Of a stretch of 64,000 bases of DNA, positions 43,312-64,000 are shown piece by piece. The translations under genes were made by a program, and so were the position numbers. Below the pieces are notes generated by a model. The model ran no database searches and was not told the DNA's origin. It was given only the letters and a program-made list of their open reading frames with translations. Position 1 is the first letter of the stretch. The number at the start of each line of letters is the position of its first letter. The DNA is from Macrostomum lignano (taxonomy: Eukaryota): the NCBI GenBank assembly GCA_002269645.1, contig NIVC01002577.1, positions 1 through 64,000 on the forward strand, read 5' to 3'.

Positions 43312-44326
43312 TCTATCGCGACTCTTATGAAATTGATTCTACTCGCCCGATGAACAGCGACTCTTGAAAACTCCGTCGTCTTGACCATAGACATATCATT
43401 CTCTATGATTTCGTAACTGATTTTTTCTAACCCTTGGCTTTTACCATAGACGTGGGAGATATAAAGATGTGGGGGCTTCGCCCCCACACCCCCATTTACG
43501 TCCCCCACCCACTTTGATTTCTAACCCCTAGCTGACAATTTTGGACAATGATGTCGTCTGCAATTGAGATTTCAGTTAATGGCCAAATTGACACTCGCGC
43601 TACGCACGCTCGTGTCTATGGCCATTAACTGAAATCTCAATTCCAGACAACCACCCATTAACTGCCCGCTAATTTCGATATTTCTTTAGTGCAAGCGGGC
43701 TTAAATGTAGTATATGGCATTAAAAGGCAAGAATAAGTGCCCAGCGGGCACAAAGTCATGGTACAATGCTTCTTCTCAATAGTTTTCTACATGTATGCTA
43801 GCTTCAAAAAAGTCTGCATGCACTCAACAGGATTTCAATTTTAGGACCATCAAAATGACGATTAGACTTCACTCCGCGTGCAGTAGAAGACTCACAAGAC
43901 TCACCAGAAGCGACAAACTCACCGGTGGGACCGCTGCTCGGGTTTGCTTCTGGAACAGAGATGCCTTGTAAAGCACTGGACGCAATATCCTAGCCACCTA
44001 GGCAAAGGGACCAATGATTCTCAGACATCCTGGCGCTCCAAGTCGGTCGAATCAAGCAACTCACCCATGACGGCTTGTCGAAGGTAAAGATGATAGACGC
44101 ACCGATACAGCAGCAGCTGGATTCTCAAATGAGTTGAAAAAATCAGAGAAGTCGAAGTCTTCCTCAGTGCCAGCCCTAGCAAATTGAACAGCACAAATCC
44201 TCGGTAAAGCAGTTAGACTGATTTAGTCGTACTCGCTTCTCTCCGCTTTAGACATTCTTTCACTTGCTGACTGCCTTAAGATAATTCTTACTAAAACATT
44301 GTCTATGGCCCGCGAGAAAGATTTAA

Positions 44327-44689
44327 CCAAAGAGTATTGAGGTCGCCTAGTATAGAGTGCCAATAAGGATGAAAATCTGAAGCCGATTTTTAGAATCCAC
44401 CCACCCCCTCCGGTCACCAAGCTTTTTAGTCTATGGCACAAGTTGTGTATCGACGACGGCAACTGAGTCTGGTGACTGAGCGAGTTGTCTTGCTTATTTG
44501 ATACATGCATTTTCTAAGTGTGAAGTGTCATCGGCTTTCTGAGCATCGGCTTTGTACACCATTCTAGCCACAAATTGTGCCATAGACTAAAAAGCTTGGT
44601 GACCGGAGGGGGTGGGTGGGTTCTAAAAATCGGCTTCAGATTTTCATCCTTATTGGCACTCTATACTAGGCGACCTCAATACTCTTTGG
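44327..44689. mobile_element. Foldback element: ~120-bp near-perfect inverted repeat with ~120-bp spacer
   Basis: 44327-44448 is the reverse complement of 44568-44689, with about 2 mismatches by eye. Inner ends carry TTAGTCTATGGCACAA, also present at ~56469. Confidence 0.85.
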
Positions 44690-45504
44690 ATTTAACTGTA
44701 TGAGAATCCTAAGCTGTTTTGAGAAATTTCTACATACAAGTTTGTCTATGGTACCATTGTGGGGGCATTGCCCTCACACCCCCAGCGGGGGCTCTGCTCC
44801 CTCACCCACTCCCCCTCAACCACGGTCGGCCAGATGGAATACGCCAAAAATAAGCAATCTGATTTCATATAAAATAATAGCCATTAAGTTAAGCTGTCTA
44901 TATGGTTAGTGTCCTTGGCCACTCCTTGGCCACACTAAGAGGGTTCTTGTTATATTAAGTTTCCCACGTAGTGAAATTTCGTTGTTGCTAATGAAGTTTT
45001 TGACCTGGTGGAAGTGGCTGTTATCCTTGTGAAGGAATGTGCTGCCGAATTGTGAAAATTCGAGTTTGTGAACCCCGCCACTCCCCCCGACTTTAGCAAC
45101 CGCTACTATCATCCGGACGGTGGTTACACCAGGTTTATCCAGCACCTAAAAACTAGATAAACCGTCATATTGACTATAGCGATATTGCCCAAGGATACAT
45201 GCCTATGCGATTGATTTTAGAAAAGACACTGCTTGGTTGATCATCGCTAAACTTTACTTTTTAGATCAGAAACTTATATAATAATATATTAGTAGTTAAA
45301 GCATCGGTAGACTATATACTCGTATATTTACGCATTAGAGCCAATGAAAACGGCAGGGTAGAGCCGTCAGGGATCAACAAAAAAGCTCAAGCTGCTGATA
45401 AAGCTCAAATAGAGAAATTTTTTATTAATTAGAAACTATAATTAATAATAAAATAGATAACACAAACTCATTTATAACTAAGGCAGCGTTCGAAGGGCGG
45501 GTGC

Positions 45505-46015
45505 TTACTGAAGGATGAGAGGGTAGGGGGCGGACGTTTACTGAAAGATGGGAGGGTAGGGGGCGGATGCCTACTGAAGGATAGGAGGGTAGGGGGCGGA
45601 TGTCTACTGAGGATGGGAGGGAAGGGGGCGGATGCCTACTGAGGATGGGAGGGAAGGGGGCGGATGCCTACTGAAGGATAGGAGGGTAGGGGGCGGATGC
45701 CTACTGAAGGATAGGAGGGTAGGGGGCGGATGTCCAAGAAGGATGTGAGGGTAGGGGGCGGATGTCTACTGAAGGATAGGAGGATAGGGGGCGGATGTCT
45801 ACGGAAGGATGGGAGGGAAGGGGGCGGATGTCCAAGAAGGATGCGAGGGTAGGGGGCGGATGTCCAAGAAGGATGGGAGGGAAGGGGGCGGATGTCCAAG
45901 AAGGATGCGAGGGTAGGGGGCGGATGTCCAAGAAGGATGGGAGGGTAGGGGCGGATGTCCAAGAAGGATGGGAGGGTAGGGGGCGGATGTCCAAGAAGGA
46001 TGGGAGGGTAGGTGC
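45505..46015. repeat. ~32-bp G-rich minisatellite (GAAGGATGGGAGGGTAGGGGGCGGATGTC..)
   Basis: Direct reading. Confidence 0.9.
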
Positions 46016-46580
46016 GGATCTCAACCGAAGGATCATTGCCCCACTGATAAAAAGGTAACCAATATATTTAACACAAAATAACAAAGCAGTGCAATTGAAC
46101 AAACGAACAAAGGTTGCAGTCAGTTTACATGTAAACTGTTTGGAAATTGTGACGCAATAAAGAAAACAAAAAACACGTGACCAAAAGCCGACTGTTTGTG
46201 TGAACACAGTTCAAATATATCAACAGTTGATATATCGTATCAAGCATAAATTTGGTCTGCTTACTATAATTTAAACTTTGAAAAGCTACAAGTTGACTAA
46301 AAGCATAGCTGCTTTAAAAAAGCGACACAAAAGTATGTTATGCACTTTTGCAAAAGTCTGGAAAGCTTAGAATCCAAAGAAAATGAAATACAGATTAAAG
46401 TGCTTCAACTAAACAAAGTTTTTTGTTCTCTCGCCGTCTATAAAAACTTGATTTCCGCAAGAAAAAATAGTCGATTTATTGTACTGCAAAAATGTTGTTA
46501 ATCCAGCTGAGAACTACAAAAGATCGATTGGTCAAGATTGAGTATGGAATGGGTTTGGAGTGAGTGAGGTGGGCAGATAG

Positions 46581-46939
46581 GGGCCGTAGCCTATTTGGTC
46601 TAGCGCGGTGCTCCGATGTACCAGCGGCCCAGGCTCGATTCCAAGTGCAGTCACAATTAATTTGGGGCTAAATTGTAATCTCGGCTTGGCTCTGCTCGTG
46701 CAATTAACGGCCTTGAGGGCCAAACCCACAAAGCACAGTGAAATGAAAATTGTAGTTCTAACCTAGCGATAAATAAAGTTAGGGTCGCTGTACACTCCTG
46801 TGTGAGTGTGTGCCTGTGCGCATAACTGCGTACGTATCCGCGCGCTTGTGCGCCTGCTCAGGGGAGTCAGCGGAATGGGCAGTAATGGTTCTCGCCGGTT
46901 GTGCGACAATGTCGCTCAAAGTGCGCCAGGGTGGGCAGA
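46581..46939 (+). mobile_element. tRNA-derived SINE, family A, most complete copy
   Basis: Head GGGCCGTAGCCTATTTGG (A-box-like) and GGCTCGATTCC (B-box-like). Body clearly homologous to 18695-18935 and 28950-29160. Direct repeat GGTGGGCAGA at 46568-46577 and 46930-46939 may be a target-site duplication. Confidence 0.7.
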
Positions 46940-47077
46940 GGAGTAAGTTGGGCGCGGCGGGTTCAAGGAATCTTCAATTAGGTACTTTTGGCTACCTATT
47001 TTCATTGAGAGACTAACACAAAAGCGACGCCCACTCTACTCAGTTTGACTCTACGTAGCCTACCCCCCCCCCCCCCC

Positions 47078-60328
<13,251 letters not shown>

Positions 60329-60479
60329 GCCAGGTAAGCTTGGAACATGAAGCAGAAGCAGAGCTATTCAGATATGACTAGATGCTTAGGCAATTCTGAT
60401 ATGCAATGATCATGATTTTATGTCGGACTTAATCACTAATCTCTGGGCTAAAGCAATTGCCAAGGCTCGGGGGGCGGGG

Positions 60480-61770
60480 GATGCTGATATGCCAAGTCTC
60501 AAGGAGAGAATACCGAGATGCCCAAGTCTCAAGGGGAATGCTGAGATGCCCAAGTCTCAAGGGGAATGCTGAGATGCCCAAGTCTCAAGGGGAATGCTGA
60601 GATGCCCAAGTCTCAAGGGGAATGCTGAGATGCCCAAGTCTCAAGGGGGAATGCTGAGATGCCCAAGTCTCAAGGGGAATGCTGAGATGCCCAAGTCTCA
60701 AGGGGAATGCTGAGATGCCCAAGTCTCAAGGAGAGAATGCTGAGATGCCCAAGTCTCAAGGGGAATGCTGAGATGCCCAAGTCTCAAGGGGGAATGCTGA
60801 GATGCCCAAGTCTCAAGGAGAGAATGCTGAGATGCCTAAGTCTCAAGGAGAGAATGCTGAGATGCCCAAGTCTCAAGGGGGAATGCTAAGATGCCCAAGT
60901 CTCAAGGGGGAATGCTGAGATGCCCAAGTCTCAAGGAGAGAATACCGAGATGCCCAAGTCTCAAGGGGGAATGCTGAGATGCCCAAGTCTCAAGGGGAAT
61001 GCTGAGATGCCCAAGTCTCAAGGAGAGAATGCTGAGATGCCCAAGTCTCAAGAAGGAATGCTGAGATGCCCAAGTCTCAAGGAGAGAATGCTGAGATGCC
61101 CAAGTCTCAAGGAGAGATTGCTGAGATGCCAATGTCTGAAGGGGGAATTGCTGATAAGCCAAGGCTCAAGGGGATTTGCTGAGATGCCCAAGTCTCAAGG
61201 AGAGAATGCTGAGATGCCAAGTCTCAAGGAGAGATTGCTGAGATGCCAAGGCTCAAGGAGAGAATGCTAAGATGACAAGTCTCAAGGGGAACTGCTGAGA
61301 TGCCCAAGTCTCAAGGGGAATGCTGAGATGCCCAAGTCTCAAGGGGGAATTCTGAGATTCCCAAGTCTCAAGGAGAGAATGCTAAGATGACAAGTCTCAA
61401 GGAGAGAATGCTAAGATGACAAGTCTCAAGGAGAGAATGCTGAGATGCCCAAGTCTCAAGGAGAGAATGCTGAGATGCCAAGGCTCGAGGAGAGATTGCT
61501 GAGATGCCAAAGTCTGAAGAGGGAATTGCTGATAAGCCAAGCGCTCAAGGGGGAATTGCTGATAAGCTAAGGCTCAAGGGGGAATTGCTGATAAGCCAAG
61601 GCTCAAGGGGGAATTGCTGATAAGCCAAGGCTCAAGGGGAATTGCTGATAAGCCAAGGCTCAAGGGGAATTGCTGATAAGCCAAGGCTCAAGGGGGAATT
61701 GCTGATAAGCCAAGGCTCAAGGGGAATTGCTGATAAGCCAAGGCTCAAGGGGGAATTGCTGAGATGCATT
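60480..61770. repeat. ~28-30-bp minisatellite (TGCTGAGATGCCCAAGTCTCAAGGGGAA) upstream of CHK2
   Basis: Direct reading; a variant unit takes over after ~61520. Confidence 0.93.
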
Positions 61771-62169
61771 CGGTGATAGCCTTATTTTATTTGGTGCCTC
61801 CACAACAGGTGTTTAAATTCCTAGGATTATATATAAAAATAAAGGTTTACGCCAATGTTTGAATTTATACCAGACAAATGCAAATAATTTTATATTTTAC
61901 AAATTATACAGAACTAAAAGCTCAATCACACAAAAACTAAAATTTAAATTAAATATAGAAATGCTGGAATACAGACAGTGTGTTAAAGTTGATCAGAAAA
62001 TTACCAGTTTTGATAACAGATGGCACTCGATATTGCAGAGTAATCTCTTTATGTATTCGAATTTAAACAGGCGACTGAATAGTAAAGAAACAAATGATGG
62101 CATTTCGTCGCTGCTGTCTTCGAGCGTAAAAGCTGACAGAACAGTCTATCGCTGACTTCACAACATGAA

Positions 62170-63190
62170 GTGCCAGTCCCACTGCCCTAAGGTGCCATGC
62201 CAGTCCCACTGCCCTAAGGGTGCCATGCCAGTCCCACTGCCCTAAGGGTGCCATGCCAGTCCCACTGCCCTAAGGGTGCCATGCCAGTCCCACTGCCCTA
62301 AGGGTGCCATGCCAGTCCCACTGCCCTAAGGTTGCCATGCCAGTCCCACTGCCCTAAGGGTGCCATGCCAGTCCCACTGCCCTAAGGGTGCCATGCCAGT
62401 CCCACTGCCCTAAGGGTGCCATGCCAGTCCCACTGCCCTAAGGGTGCCATGCCAGTCCCACTGCCCTAAGGGTGCCATGCCAGTCCCACTGCCCTAAGGG
62501 TGCCATGCCAGTCCCACTGCCCTAAGGGTGCCATGCCAGTCCCACTGCCCTAAGGGTGCCATGCCAGTCCCACTGCCCTAAGGGTGCCATGCCAGTCCCA
62601 CTGCCCTAAGGGTGCCATGCCAGTCCCACTGCCCTAAGGGTGCCATGCCAGTCCCACTGTCTGATCCTACATATAGGAGCTACTCAAGAGTGCCAGTCAC
62701 ACTGCCTGATCCTAGTAGAGCTCAAGAGTGCCAGTCACACTGCCTGATCTTATTAGAGCTACTCAAGAGTGCCAGTCACACTGCCTGATCTTATTAGAGC
62801 TACTCAAGAGTGCCAGTCACACTGCCTGATCTTATTAGAGCTACTCAAGAGTGCCAGTCACACTGCCTGATCACAGTAGAGCTACTCAAGAGTGCCAGTC
62901 ACACTGCCTGATCACAGTAGAGCTACTCAAGAGTGCCAGTCACACTGCCTGATCACAGTAGAGCTACTCAAGAGTGCCAGTCACACTGCCTGATCATAGT
63001 AGAGCTACTCAAGAGTGCCAGTCACACTGCCTGATCACAGTAGAGCTACTCAAGAGTGCCAGTCACATTGCCTGATCACAGTAGAGCTACTCAAGAGTGC
63101 CAGTCACATTGCCTGATCACAGTAGAGCTACTCAAGAGTGCCAGTCACACTGCCTGATCACACTAGAGCTACTCAAGAGTGCCAGTCACG
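62170..63190. repeat. Adjacent 28-bp and 41-bp minisatellites sharing a GCCAGTC(C/A)CACTGCC core
   Basis: 28-mer 62170-62660; 41-mer 62665-63190. Confidence 0.93.
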
Positions 63191-63202
63191 CTCACAAGTC
63201 AG

Positions 63203-63642
63203 TCAGGCAGACGGCAGTTGGAGGCCGCGGGCAACAAAGTAGAACTCGGCTGAGTCGCCCCTGCTAGCCGGCGGTTTGACTCGCCGCACGCCACCAGTAA
63301 AGAATCGACGCAGCGGCGCCTCTAGCGCGCGGTCTCCGCGCCGTCCCAAAGTTTGCAGACAAAGCCGGAGCCCGGCCGGCCCAGACGAAGGCACAGCTGA
63401 AGCGCCAATTCGCAGAGTTCAACGCAGACGGCGGAGTCGAGACTACGCTCGCCGGAAGCGCTCGGCGCCATGTCGGAGAGCACCCAATCGACTGGTCGGT
63501 CCGTCAGAGCTTCTCGCAGCGATGCCAGACACTGGGCAGATCGGATGTCCACCTCGGAGAGGCAGACGGCATTCGGCACTGGGGCGATGTGTTGAAGGTC
63601 GAATGCTACGATCAGGGCCTGGCTGCGAGCCGGCTCCGGAAC
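63203..63642 (-). CDS. MRM2: Terminal exon of an FtsJ/RrmJ-type rRNA 2'-O-methyltransferase (MRM2-like), with a 1-nt frameshift near 63325
   Basis: Motifs AFDLQHIAPVPNA, VDWVLSDMAP, FVCKLWDG, and in the next frame RVKPPASRGDSAEFYFV (K-D-K-E tetrad region). Acceptor ctaccag at 63643. Upstream exons not seen in the window. Confidence 0.85.
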
Positions 63643-63789
63643 CTGGTAGAATGTGTTGGGGAGACTGAGAAAGTGACAGACAATGACCTTGAATTGAGCT
63701 CCCAAAAATAAAATATTTCCAGTTTATATTTTTAGGCCGATGTGCAACCGACAGCGGCGCATCTGAAGGCTGAGTACGGCTGTTCAGTC

Positions 63790-63992
63790 CAAGGATTGGG
63801 GGTCGCCACACTCCACATACACCCACAATTATCCCAGTTGATGCTGGCCCCCATTTTACAGCTGGATGAACTGAAGCAATGCAGACTTAAGTGTCTTGCT
63901 CAAAAATACAAATCGTTCCGAGTGGGATCGGGAATCGAACAAGCGACATTTCAGTCGTAAGTCCGATGCTCTAACCACTAGGCTACAAGCCC
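63790..63992 (-). mobile_element. tRNA-derived SINE with CORE-like domain, family B
   Basis: Minus strand: A box TAGCCTAGTGG, B box GTTCGATTCCC, then TTGAGCAAGACACTTAA and CAGCTGTAAAATGGGG, which resemble the CORE-SINE motifs ...GCAAGTCACTTAAC and ...CATCTGTAAAATGGG. Confidence 0.7.
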
Positions 63993-64000
63993 TAGGCTAC

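Noticed and set aside
44906-45145. 79-aa minus-strand ORF
   Set aside because: No recognisable domain; probably a transposon-derived fragment.
63920-63992. tRNA gene
   Set aside because: A and B boxes are present but there is no convincing acceptor stem or cloverleaf, and it continues into a CORE-SINE-like body; called a SINE instead.

Overview
This is eukaryotic (animal) genomic DNA: GC-rich exons, GT-AG introns, and introns and intergenic spaces packed with micro- and minisatellites. By inference it resembles a free-living flatworm such as Macrostomum, based on TTAGGG repeats, short introns, a C-type lectin/PAN gene type and a divergent Wnt; the sequence alone does not prove this. I spliced the genes by hand and checked exon phases. 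In order: a ~998-aa protein with five cyclic-nucleotide-binding (CNB) domains (-); a divergent Wnt (-); a subtilisin/kexin proprotein convertase (+), head-to-head with the Wnt; a secreted C-type lectin + PAN/apple-like protein (-); two tandem 3-exon globin genes (-); CHK2 kinase (-), whose 10.4-kb sixth intron holds several decayed transposons; and the last exon of an MRM2/FtsJ methyltransferase (-) with a 1-nt frameshift. Mobile DNA includes two tRNA-derived SINE families, Crypton-like tyrosine-recombinase fragments, a hAT relic, a Tc1-like IR/DR deletion derivative, a TA-flanked TIR element and a foldback. Most long ORFs in the supplied track are artefacts of tandem repeats. There is no CRISPR or other prokaryotic system. 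The leads most worth checking are the Wnt lacking the W-C-C index-finger motif, the effector-less 5xCNB protein, an intron built from ~37 tandem copies of its own splice donor, and exon-limited homogenisation between the two globins.
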